From: Phycisphaera mikurensis NBRC 102666
Lineage (GTDB): Bacteria > Planctomycetota > Phycisphaerae > Phycisphaerales > Phycisphaeraceae
Assembly (NCBI RefSeq): GCF_000284115.1
Contig: NC_017080.1
Coordinates: 1,440,001 to 1,472,000 of the forward strand
DNA length: 32,000 bases
Direction of reading: 5' to 3'
A program made the position numbers and the translations under genes. The notes beneath the pieces are model-generated. The model was not told where the DNA came from. It ran no database searches and saw only the letters and a program-made list of their open reading frames with translations. Within the stretch, counting starts at the first letter, position 1; every line of letters starts with the position of its first letter. Shown in pieces: positions 16,295-23,892 of the stretch.

Positions 16295-17536
16295 CTAGGG
16301 GGCGCGGCGATCGGGCCGCAGGGCGGCCCGAGCCTGCCGCAGCACCGCCCCGGCCACCCCGGGCCTGCCGCTCTCGGCCTCGGTGTCCCGGCGGATCATC
16401 TCGAGGGCTCCGGCGGGCAGCAGGCCCAGCCGGACCAGGTGCCCCGCGGCCTCCGCGCTGTCGTGAACGAGAAAGGCCGGCGTGCCGGCGGCGCGGGCCG
16501 CGGCGAGGTGGGCCTCGGCGTCGCGGTCGCGGCGGCTGCGTTGGCCCGCGTCGACGTCGCGGATCAGAACGGCGGCGATCCGCCCGGGCCGCTCGCGCAC
16601 CAGCCTCTCGTACAGGTGCGGATCGGCCTGGCCGCTGTCTCCGATGAGCAGGAAGGGCAGGCCGGGGAACGCATCCACCAGGTCGCGGGCCTTGTCGAGC
16701 TTGTGCGTGTGGCCGGGCCGCTTGATGAACTTCGACCGGTCCAGCCCCAGGTCCTGCAGCAGCAGCGGGCCCACGGGCAGCCGGTTGAGCCGGAGGAAGT
16801 CGGTGAGCAGGTCGTGGAGGTTCCAGGCGGAACTCGAGACGTAGAAGAAGGGCGCGGGTTCCTCTCCCGCCGCCTCGAGCGCGGCGTAGAGCGCGGCGAC
16901 CCCGGGCAGCGGCTTCCGCGTCCGAGCGTTGTGCAGGAAGGTCAGCCTCGCCGCGGTGAGCAGGTTGGTGATGCCGGTGTGGATCACCGTGTCGTCGAGG
17001 TCGGAGACGACGCCGAAGGGCGCTCGAAGACCCGGCCGGATCACCGGCAGCTCGCTCTCTACCGCCGCGCCGCGGACCGCGGCCTCCCGGGCGGGATCGA
17101 CGCCGCGGTCCGCGGCGCTGTCGGCGACGAGCAGGCGGGCGAGCCCCGCGTCCGCCTCCGGCGGCGGCGAGATCCGGAACCACGCGTAGCCCTCCTCGTC
17201 GGCGGTCACGCTCTGGGCCTGCGTGCCCAGCGTGGCGGTCACCTCCGCGTGCGGCACCTCCTGCGTGTCCCACCGCCGGTAGGTGTTCCGCAGGTTGTCC
17301 CACCAGCGATCCTTCTCGCGCGGCCCCCCGCCCAGCGGCGTCGCCAGCACGCGGCACCCGAAGACCGCTCGCGCCTCACCGCCCGCGGCCGCGTGGTGCG
17401 TGTTGTCCCACCCGGTGAAGGGGATCACCGACCGCGGCTTGCCACCGCCCAACGCCCGGCGGAACACGTTCCACCAGCGGTCCAGGGACGCCTCGAGCTC
17501 GTGGAGCCAGGCGTGGAGGAAGCGGGGGAGAGGCAT
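16295..17536 (-). CDS. App1-family (DUF2183) phosphatidate phosphatase-like protein
   Basis: ATG at 17536 (MPLPRFLHAW...). The DxDxT motif is VVSDLDDTVIHTG, and FFYVSSSAWNLHDLLTDFL ... PVGPLLLQDLG ... LLIGDSGQADP is typical of the App1 catalytic domain. The track ORF extension to 17671 reads through an octamer repeat and is rejected. Confidence 0.65.
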   Translation of the reverse strand: MPLPRFLHAWLHELEASLDRWWNVFRRALGGGKPRSVIPFTGWDNTHHAAAGGEARAVFGCRVLATPLGGGPREKDRWWDNLRNTYRRWDTQEVPHAEVTATLGTQAQSVTADEEGYAWFRISPPPEADAGLARLLVADSAADRGVDPAREAAVRGAAVESELPVIRPGLRAPFGVVSDLDDTVIHTGITNLLTAARLTFLHNARTRKPLPGVAALYAALEAAGEEPAPFFYVSSSAWNLHDLLTDFLRLNRLPVGPLLLQDLGLDRSKFIKRPGHTHKLDKARDLVDAFPGLPFLLIGDSGQADPHLYERLVRERPGRIAAVLIRDVDAGQRSRRDRDAEAHLAAARAAGTPAFLVHDSAEAAGHLVRLGLLPAGALEMIRRDTEAESGRPGVAGAVLRQARAALRPDRRAP

Positions 17537-17749
17537 GGCTGCGCCAGGCAAGCGGAGAAGCGGAGAAGCGAAGAAGCGAAGAAGCGGAGAAGCGAAGAAG
17601 CGGAGAAGCGGAGAAGCGAAGGAGTCGAGAGCGAAGAAGTCAGGCCGGATGCGGCGGCTGCGCCATCTCAAACGAGCTTGTCGCTGCTTCTGCTGGCTTC
17701 TTCGCTTCCGGACTTCCCGGCTTCTTCGCTCGATCCGCGCAGCGGACGC
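17532..17749. repeat. Intercistronic palindromic element, family B copy 1, with 9 tandem octamers AAGCGRAG (17550-17621)
   Basis: The left terminus is GGCATGGCTGCGCCAGGCAAGCGGAGAAGCGG... The reverse complement of the right terminus reads GCGTCCGCTGCGCGGATCGAGCGAAGAAGCC... The arms are unequal. The element fills the whole gap between the glyQS stop (17750-17752) and the App1-like start (17534-17536). Confidence 0.8.
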
Positions 17750-19318
17750 TCAACACCCCTTCTCCGCCAGGAACGCCGCCACCCGATCGATTCCCACCCT
17801 CTCCTGCTGGGTCGTGTCGCGGTCGCGGATCGTGACGACGTTGTTCTCGAGGGTGTCACCGTCGACGGCGATGCAGAAGGGCGTGCCGATCTCGTCCATG
17901 CGGGCGTAACGCTTGCCGATGGTCTGCTTGGCGTCGTACTCGCAGGCGAACCTCTGGCGGAGCTCCATGTAGAGCTTGTGGGCGACCTCGGGCATCCCGT
18001 CCTTGTTCACGAGCGGGAAGACGCCGGCCTTCACCGGGGCGAACTTCGGCTTGAACTTCATGACGTAGTCCGAGCCGGATCGCTCGGGGCTCGGCGTGAA
18101 GGCCTCGCAGAGCAGCACGAGGACGGCCCGCGTGAGGCCGCTGGCGGGCTCGATGACGTGCGGCGTGTAGCGCGACCGCTCCTTGATCTCGTCCTTGCCG
18201 ACGCCCTCGGCTTTGAGCCGCAGCTGCAGCTCCTGGTCGAAGTAGTCGAGCTTCGCGTTGCTGGCGCGGGTGTGCGCCGTCAGGTCGAAGTTGCCGCGGT
18301 GCGCCACGCCCTCGAGCTCGCCGAAGCCCGGGGCGGTGAAGGGGTAGCGGTACTCGACGTCGACGCAGGCGGACGAGTAGTGGGCCAGCTCGTCGGACCC
18401 GTGGTCCCGGAAGCGCAGGTTCGCTTGGTCGATGCCCAGCGACTCCCACCAGCGCATCCGCTCGTGCTTCCAGAAGTCGTACCACTTGGGCGCCTCCTCC
18501 TCGCTGCAGAACCACTCCATCTCCATCTGCTCGAACTCGCGGGAGCGGAAGATGAAGTTCCGCGGCGTGACCTCGTTGCGGAAGCTCTTGCCGATCTGCG
18601 CGATCCCGAAGGGCACCTTCACCCGCATCGTGTTCAGCACGTTGAGGTAGTTGAGGAAGATGCCCTGCGCGGTCTCGGGCCGCAGGTAGGCCTTGTTCTC
18701 CTCGTTGCGGATGACACCGGGGTAGGTGTCGAGCATGAGGTTGAACTCACGCGGCGGGGTGAGCGTGCCGGCCTTGTCGGTGTCGGGGGCGACGATGGTG
18801 CCGTAGAGCGACTCGTCCACCTGGCTGAGGTTCTTCACCTCGCCGTCGTCGATCGTGACGCCGGCTTTCCTCAGCTTCTTCGCGATGGCGTCGGGCTTGT
18901 TCTCGGGGAAGGCCCAGGCTCCTCTGCCCTCGACGAAGAGCACCTCGACCTGGTCCTGCCGGTACCGGCCGTTGGTCTCGCGGCAGTCGACCATCGGATC
19001 GCTGAAGCCGCCGACGTGGCCGGAGGCCTCCCACACCTTCGGGTTCTGGATGATCGCCGAGTCCAGCCCGAGCACCGAGAGCGGCTCGCCGGAGTCGGGA
19101 TCCAGCGGCGGGCACTCCACCGTCTGGTGCCACCAGTGGTCGCGGACGTGGTTCTTCAGCGCCGTCCCCAGCGGGCCGTAGTCCCAGAAGCCGTTGATGC
19201 CGCCGTAGATCTCCGAGGCGGGAAAGACGAAGCCGCGCCGCTTGCAGAGCGACACGAGCGCCTCCATCGAGCGGGCGGCGTCGGCGGGCGGGGTCGGTCG
19301 CTGGGCGGGGGCGGTCAT
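17750..19318 (-). CDS. glyQS: Glycine--tRNA ligase (homodimeric class II GlyQS type)
   Basis: ATG at 19318 (MTAPAQRP...). Motifs: LCKRRGFVFPASEIYGGINGFWDYGPLG, IAQIGKSFRNEVTPRNFIFRSREFEQMEMEWF, and an anticodon-binding C-terminus. Confidence 0.95.
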   Translation of the reverse strand: MTAPAQRPTPPADAARSMEALVSLCKRRGFVFPASEIYGGINGFWDYGPLGTALKNHVRDHWWHQTVECPPLDPDSGEPLSVLGLDSAIIQNPKVWEASGHVGGFSDPMVDCRETNGRYRQDQVEVLFVEGRGAWAFPENKPDAIAKKLRKAGVTIDDGEVKNLSQVDESLYGTIVAPDTDKAGTLTPPREFNLMLDTYPGVIRNEENKAYLRPETAQGIFLNYLNVLNTMRVKVPFGIAQIGKSFRNEVTPRNFIFRSREFEQMEMEWFCSEEEAPKWYDFWKHERMRWWESLGIDQANLRFRDHGSDELAHYSSACVDVEYRYPFTAPGFGELEGVAHRGNFDLTAHTRASNAKLDYFDQELQLRLKAEGVGKDEIKERSRYTPHVIEPASGLTRAVLVLLCEAFTPSPERSGSDYVMKFKPKFAPVKAGVFPLVNKDGMPEVAHKLYMELRQRFACEYDAKQTIGKRYARMDEIGTPFCIAVDGDTLENNVVTIRDRDTTQQERVGIDRVAAFLAEKGC

Positions 19319-19421
19319 GGGGCGGGAACGATAAGGAACCCGCACGCGGGGCCCGGGGCCCGGATCCCGGGGCCCGGGCCGCACGGGTGGCGTGGGCCGC
19401 GCGGGATCCGCACCCGGATCT

Positions 19422-20240
19422 TCAGGCTTCGGGCACGGCGATCTGCGGGTCCGCGTCGCCGGGCACCAGGGTCCCCTCCCGGGCCGATCGCAGGATCTGC
19501 AGCCGCAGCGGGTGGTCGTAGCGGAGGAACTCGTCGAAGAAGGCCGCGAGACGCGCCGGGCCCAGCGGCGGGCCGGCGTCCGCGTCCGGCCCCTCCGCGG
19601 CCGTCAGCACGCGGAGCCACGGGGGCCCCACCACCCGCCCGGAGGTGTCGCGGAAGAGGCCCTCCCGGTTCACGATGAAGCGGAGGTGGGCGCCGCGGCC
19701 CTCGTCGTACAGCTGCCCGTCGAAGGCGGATTGGGGGAAGGCGGGATCCTCTCGGCGGCCCCGGGACAGGAGCAGCAGCGTCGTGCGGTCGCCTTCGGCG
19801 AGCACGCGGCCGCGGAGGTCGTCGAGGCTGAGCATCTCGCCGTCGATCGCGTGCTTCCGGTCGCTCCAGGCCGGGTTCCACGCCCGGGTGGGGTCGCCGT
19901 CCGACGAGCCGTCCCGCAGCCACGCCAGCAGCGCGAGGCCGTTGTGCGCGTTCGCGTAGAACGCGATCCGCTGCCGCGGGAAGCGGAACAGCGAGGGCCG
20001 CGTGCGGGGGCCGTGCCCGTCGAGGTGCTCGGCGAAGAGCTCCAGGGACGCGCGGTAGTGGCCGGTCAGCACGCGGTGGTTGAGGCGCCCGCGGTCCCAG
20101 GCGGGCTCGAGCGCCTCGTCGAGGAGCGCGGGGGTGTAGCGGTCCACGTCGCGCAGGGTCAGCCGCTCCGCGTCCGGATCGCAGGCGGAGACGCACGCGA
20201 GGAGCGAAAGCAGCAGGAGCGGGAGCCGGAAGGGGCGCAT
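19422..20240 (-). CDS. DUF547 domain-containing putative lipoprotein
   Basis: ATG at 20240. The signal with lipobox is MRPFRLPLLLLSLLAC. The DUF547-like pattern is IAFYANAHNGLALLAWL ... IDGEMLSLDDLRGRVL. Confidence 0.55.
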   Translation of the reverse strand: MRPFRLPLLLLSLLACVSACDPDAERLTLRDVDRYTPALLDEALEPAWDRGRLNHRVLTGHYRASLELFAEHLDGHGPRTRPSLFRFPRQRIAFYANAHNGLALLAWLRDGSSDGDPTRAWNPAWSDRKHAIDGEMLSLDDLRGRVLAEGDRTTLLLLSRGRREDPAFPQSAFDGQLYDEGRGAHLRFIVNREGLFRDTSGRVVGPPWLRVLTAAEGPDADAGPPLGPARLAAFFDEFLRYDHPLRLQILRSAREGTLVPGDADPQIAVPEA

Positions 20241-20297
20241 GACCCGCGAGCCTAAAGCCGCAGGAGCCGGCGCCAAGGCTTTTTCTTCGGGCTCGCT

Positions 20298-21095
20298 TCA
20301 GCCGCCGGTCGCGGCGGCCGCGCCCGCCCCGGCGAGGCGGCGGACCCGGCCGCGGGCGTCGAGCAGCTCCGCGAGCGCGGCCTGGAGAGCCTCGGCGGCG
20401 GGGCCGCAGGCATCGGCGGCCCGCCCGCGCTCCGCGCCGCCGCGGAGGCCGTCCCAGGCGGCGCCGTTGGCGTCGCGGAGGCGCCCGGCGGCCGCGAGGA
20501 GATCGAGCATCGGAGCGTGCCACGCGTCCTCCTCCTGGCAGCCGAGCCAGGCCGCCTCGGGCGAGGTCAGGAGCGCCGCCAGGTCGCCCTCGAGCAGCTC
20601 GAAGGAGGCGGCGAAGATGGCGGGGTCGGGCAGCTGGAACCTCCGCGCCGAGACCTGCCGGATCAACACCTCCGCCGCTGGCACCGCGAGGTCGCAGCGT
20701 CCCAGCACCGACGAGCGGGTCGCCGCCCAGCGTCCTGGTTGCGGCGGTCCCTCCGCCCCCGTCCGCGCGGGCCCAACCTCCGCGTGCTCCCCCATCGCGG
20801 CCGCTCGATCATCTGCCGGAGCGGCTTCGGGGAAGTCGGGGTCTCCGGCGAGCAGGCCCCCGAGCGGGACGTTCAGGACCGCGGCCACCCGCTCCGCGAC
20901 CTCCCGCGACAGCTGCACGCGCCCGCTCTCGTAGGCGTAGATCGCGTGCTCGGTGACGTCGCTGCCGGCGGTGCGGTCGTTGATGCGCTCCACCAGCCGC
21001 CGCGCGGACAGGCCCGCCGCATTGCGGGTGGCCTTGAGCGCCGCCCCGCGTCGGCGACGGATCTCGACGGCAGAATGTGTGGAAAGTTGCTGCAA
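20298..21095 (-). CDS. XRE-family helix-turn-helix regulator with uncharacterised C-terminal domain
   Basis: The N-terminal HTH is LKATRNAAGLSARRLVERIN ... EHAIYAYESGRVQLSREVAERVAAVLNVPLGGLL. The start codon is TTG (plus-strand CAA at 21093-21095), preceded by AAGGA. The ~170-aa Ala/Leu-rich C-terminal part is not recognised. Confidence 0.6.
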   Translation of the reverse strand: MQQLSTHSAVEIRRRRGAALKATRNAAGLSARRLVERINDRTAGSDVTEHAIYAYESGRVQLSREVAERVAAVLNVPLGGLLAGDPDFPEAAPADDRAAAMGEHAEVGPARTGAEGPPQPGRWAATRSSVLGRCDLAVPAAEVLIRQVSARRFQLPDPAIFAASFELLEGDLAALLTSPEAAWLGCQEEDAWHAPMLDLLAAAGRLRDANGAAWDGLRGGAERGRAADACGPAAEALQAALAELLDARGRVRRLAGAGAAAATGG

Positions 21096-21423
21096 AATGT
21101 CCTTGTGACGTCAGGGTTCCCGCGACCTCGGCCGTGGGAGGGCATCCCCATCGTACATCCGACGGATTTGCAACAGCCGATGCGCCTCGATCCGGTCCGA
21201 TAACGGGGTCCTGTCAGATTTTCGACGGGCCGGTTGCACATTTTGACGAAACCTCTACAGTGTCCGCACGCCCCACGGAAGGGGCGACCCTCCCGATCGA
21301 CGCCTCGCCGGACACGGGGCCGAGCGGACAGGGGAACACAGAGAGGTCCATGGCAGGCCGCCACCGCGTTCCAGGACGGAAATGCAGGGCCTTTCTGTGT
21401 GCGCGCCCGGCCTCGGCTTCGGG

Positions 21424-22395
21424 TCATCTTGGGGCGTTCGGTGCGGACGCGGCGGCGAAGCCGCGGAGCTTGGCGGACCGGCTGCGCGGGTTGGCGGCGG
21501 CTTCGTCGTCGGCCGCGGTGAGGGGCTTCCGGGTGAGCCGCCGGCCGAGGTCCTGCTGCTGGAAGCGGAGGAAGGCCCGCTTCACCGGGCGGTCCTCCAG
21601 CGAGTGGAAGGAGATCACGGCGGCGTGCCCGCCGGGGCGGAGCAGGCGCGGGATCGCGTCGAGCAGGCTTGCCAGCGCGTCCAGCTCGCCGTTCACGGCG
21701 ATCCGCAGGGCCTGGAAGGTGCGGGTGGCGGGGTGGACCGGGTGGCGCGGCGGCCCGCCGCCGCGGCGCTTCGGCGGCGGGTAGCAGCGGAAGACGAGCT
21801 CGGCGAGGCGGAGCGTGGTCTCGATCGGCGCTTGCTGCCGGGCCTCCACGATCCGGCGGGCGATGCGGCGGGAGAGGCGCTCCTCGCCGTGGAGGTAGAT
21901 GAGGTCCGCGAGCTCGTCTTGGCCGAGCGTGTTCACGAGATCGGCGGCGGTGGGGCGGCCGGCATCGCCGGCGTCGAGCCGCATGTCCAGGGGGCCGTCG
22001 TGGCGGAACGAGAAGCCGCGGGCGGGATCGTCCACCTGGTTGCTGGCGAAGCCCAGGTCGGCGAGGAGGGCGTCGACGCCGCCGGGGGCTTCATTTGCCA
22101 CGACGGCTTCCGCTCCGGCAAAGGAGCCGTGGTGGAGGATCAGCCGCACGCCGTGCGCCTCCGCGATCGGGCGGAGCCGATCGCCCGCGTGGGCGAGGTT
22201 CCCGGCGTCGAGGTCGAAGCCGATCACCGTCCCGCCGGGGAGCAGCGGGAGCAGCCGGCGGGCGTGCCCGCCCCGGCCCAGCGTGGCGTCGAGCAGCACC
22301 GCTCCGGGGCCCAAGGCGGGGGCGAGCAGGTTCTCCACCTCCGCCGGCAGCACCGGGACGTGCCCGTCGGGCGTGGGGGGGAGGGCGTCGCTCAA
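21424..22395 (-). CDS. rsmH: 16S rRNA (cytosine1402-N4)-methyltransferase RsmH
   Basis: Motifs: HVPVLPAEV, LDATLGRGGHARRLL, ADLGFASNQVDDPARGFSFRHDGPLDMRLD, ISFHSLEDRPVK. The start codon appears to be TTG (plus-strand CAA at 22393-22395). Confidence 0.9.
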   Translation of the reverse strand: MSDALPPTPDGHVPVLPAEVENLLAPALGPGAVLLDATLGRGGHARRLLPLLPGGTVIGFDLDAGNLAHAGDRLRPIAEAHGVRLILHHGSFAGAEAVVANEAPGGVDALLADLGFASNQVDDPARGFSFRHDGPLDMRLDAGDAGRPTAADLVNTLGQDELADLIYLHGEERLSRRIARRIVEARQQAPIETTLRLAELVFRCYPPPKRRGGGPPRHPVHPATRTFQALRIAVNGELDALASLLDAIPRLLRPGGHAAVISFHSLEDRPVKRAFLRFQQQDLGRRLTRKPLTAADDEAAANPRSRSAKLRGFAAASAPNAPR

Positions 22396-22415
22396 GGTGC
22401 GAACGTAGCGGCGGC

Positions 22416-22443
22416 TTGCGGCGGCCGCGGGTGCTGCTATCGT
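22416..22443 (+). promoter_or_regulatory. Candidate sigma70-like promoter for the tRNA cluster
   Basis: TTGCGG (22416-22421), 16 nt, then TATCGT (22438-22443), 15 nt before the first tRNA. The call rests on a pattern match only. Confidence 0.3.
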
Positions 22444-22458
22444 TCTCGCCGCAACGCG

Positions 22459-22542
22459 GCCCGCGTGGCGGAATTGGCAGACGCGCCGTCTTCAGGTGGC
22501 GGTTCCTTCACCGGAGTACAGGTTCGACTCCTGTCGCGGGCA
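22459..22542 (+). tRNA. tRNA-Leu (anticodon CAG)
   Basis: Manual cloverleaf: acceptor GCCCGCG/CGCGGGC, D-arm GCGGAATTGGCAGACGC, anticodon stem CCGTC/GGCGG with loop TTCAGGT, a long variable arm, T-arm ACAGG-TTCGACT-CCTGT, discriminator A. No CCA is encoded. Confidence 0.92.
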
Positions 22543-22615
22543 TACGAGACGGCCCGGCACGTGGTGCCGGGCGGTCGCGTGCGCCGAGCGCGGCGGGGTA
22601 CGCTGCGGGCTCGCC

Positions 22616-22699
22616 GCGGGCGTGGCGGAACTGGCAGACGCGCGAGATTTAGGTTCTCGTTCCAGCGATGGAGTGCAGGTTCGATCCCTGTCGCCCGCA
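22616..22699 (+). tRNA. tRNA-Leu (anticodon TAG)
   Basis: Acceptor GCGGGCG/CGCCCGC, D-arm GCGGAACTGGCAGACGC, anticodon stem CGAGA/TCTCG with loop TTTAGGT, a long variable arm, and a T-loop TTCGATC. Confidence 0.92.
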
Positions 22700-22806
22700 A
22701 GCACCTCCGGGGCCCCCCGCGTGTGGAGGCGGACGCGCCGCTGCGGGTGCGGGGCGGTGCCTGCGGGCCGTGCGGCGCTTCGCTAGAGTGGCCGCCCAGC
22801 GACTGA

Positions 22807-22879
22807 GGCCAGATAGCTCAGTTGGTAGAGCACAGCATTGAAAATGCTGGGGTCGCCGGTTCGAGCCCGGCTCTGGCCA
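22807..22879 (+). tRNA. tRNA-Phe (anticodon GAA)
   Basis: GGCCAGATAGCTCAGTTGGTAGAGCACAGCATTGAAAATGCTGGGGTCGCCGGTTCGAGCCCGGCTCTGGCCA folds as a canonical 73-nt cloverleaf with anticodon loop TTGAAAA. Confidence 0.95.
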
Positions 22880-22880
22880 C

Positions 22881-22918
22881 GAAACAAGCTCCGGGCCCCC
22901 GGGCCCGGAGCTTGTTTC
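22881..22918 (+). terminator. Intrinsic terminator after the tRNA cluster
   Basis: A perfect 17-bp stem, GAAACAAGCTCCGGGCC-CCCG-GGCCCGGAGCTTGTTTC, starts directly after tRNA-Phe. The 3' arm ends in TTTC. Confidence 0.75.
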
Positions 22919-23009
22919 GTGCGGCGGGCCGGCGGTGGTCGGCGGCCCCGGACCGCCCGCGCGCGTCTGCGACCGGTGGTGCCGGTGCGGTGCCCGGTAG
23001 CGTCCGCCC

Positions 23010-23861
23010 ATGGCCGCCCCCGCACCCGCTTCCTCTTTTGCCACGCGGCTCGCCGCCGCCGTCGATCGACGCGGTGGCGCCGCCTGCGTCGGGCTCGATC
23101 CGGTCCTCGAGAAGGTCCCCCACCGCAACGGCGGCGACCCGGTGGCCGCCATCGAGGCCTTCAGCCTCCGCGTCGTCGAGGCCGTCGCGGGCCTGGTCCC
23201 CGCGGTGAAGCTCCAGATGGCCTGCTTCGAGCGGTACGGGAGCCGGGGTGTCGCGGCCGCCGAGCGGGTGCTCGGGGCGGCCGGGGAGGCGGAGCTGCTG
23301 ACCATCGCCGACGCCAAGCGCGGCGACATCGGCGTGTCCGCCGCGCACTACGCCGCGGCCTTCACCGCCGGGCCCCTCGCCGCCGACGCGGTGACCGTCA
23401 GCCCCTACCTGGGCTTCGACACGCTCGTGCCCTTCCGGGAGGCGGCCGCCGCGGCGGGCACCGGCGTGTTCGTGCTCGTGCGGACGAGCAACCCCGGCGG
23501 CGACGACCTGCAGTCGCTGCGGACGCCCGGCGGCGGCGTTGCGGAGGTCGTCGCGGCCGGCATCGAGCGGATGAACGGCGGGCTCCAAGCGGGCGAGGCC
23601 TACGGGCCGGTGGGCGCCGTGGTCGGTGCCACGCGGCCGGCGGTGGCCGAGGCGCTGCGGGTCCGGATGCCGCGGTCGATCCTGCTCGTGCCCGGCATCG
23701 GAGCCCAGGGCGGCGACCCCGCGGCGCTTTCGGCCCTCTTCGACGCGAGAGGCCACGGGGCGCTGCTCACCGCGAGCCGGTCGGTCATCTACGCCGAAGA
23801 CCCCGCCGAGGGCGCACGGCGGCTGGTGGCCGCCGCCGCGCAGGCCGCGGACCGCGGCTGA
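23010..23861 (+). CDS. pyrF: Orotidine 5'-phosphate decarboxylase (type 2)
   Basis: Motifs: ACVGLDP, AVKLQMACFERYG, TIADAKRGDIGVSAAHYA, DAVTVSPYLG, VFVLVRTSNPG, VPGIGAQGG. Confidence 0.9.
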   Translation: MAAPAPASSFATRLAAAVDRRGGAACVGLDPVLEKVPHRNGGDPVAAIEAFSLRVVEAVAGLVPAVKLQMACFERYGSRGVAAAERVLGAAGEAELLTIADAKRGDIGVSAAHYAAAFTAGPLAADAVTVSPYLGFDTLVPFREAAAAAGTGVFVLVRTSNPGGDDLQSLRTPGGGVAEVVAAGIERMNGGLQAGEAYGPVGAVVGATRPAVAEALRVRMPRSILLVPGIGAQGGDPAALSALFDARGHGALLTASRSVIYAEDPAEGARRLVAAAAQAADRG

Positions 23862-23892
23862 ATCGGCCCGGCGCGGCCCCCGATCCGCGGTT

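Noticed and set aside
14535-17357. 940-aa minus-strand ORF spanning the radA end, the GH10-like gene and the App1-like gene
   Set aside because: The product is Arg/Pro/Gly-rich and motif-less, and it crosses several independently supported genes in other frames.
17550-17621. Possible CRISPR array or other spaced repeat
   Set aside because: The units are 8 nt and strictly head-to-tail with no spacers. No cas genes are present and the repeat forms one arm of a hairpin element.
17537-17671. N-terminal extension of the App1-like ORF giving the repeated peptide FASPLLRFFASPLLRFFASPLLR
   Set aside because: The repeat is produced by translating an 8-nt tandem repeat (3 x 8 nt = 8 codons). The DNA period is not a multiple of 3 and the same sequence is part of a palindromic element, so it is treated as non-coding.
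19341-19400. GC-only self-complementary stretch with GGATCC cores (GGGGCCCGGGGCCCGGATCCCGGGGCCCGGGCC) between the DUF547 gene and glyQS
   Set aside because: It looks palindromic, but the arms do not align as a true inverted repeat. Runs of GGGCCC pair trivially, so it was not distinguishable from compositional noise.
16049-19678. 1209-aa plus-strand ORF opposite the App1-like gene and glyQS
   Set aside because: It is the antisense shadow of two well-supported minus-strand genes and it also reads straight through the octamer repeat.
20241-20297. AAAGCC...GGCTTTTT terminator-like hairpin between the XRE gene and the DUF547 gene
   Set aside because: The stem is only about 6 bp with a large loop, and the T-run lies on the plus strand where there is no upstream plus-strand gene to terminate.
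21234-21521. 95-aa ORF in the XRE-rsmH intergenic region
   Set aside because: The product is Arg-rich and low-complexity, its third-position GC is poor at the 5' end, and it runs antisense into rsmH.
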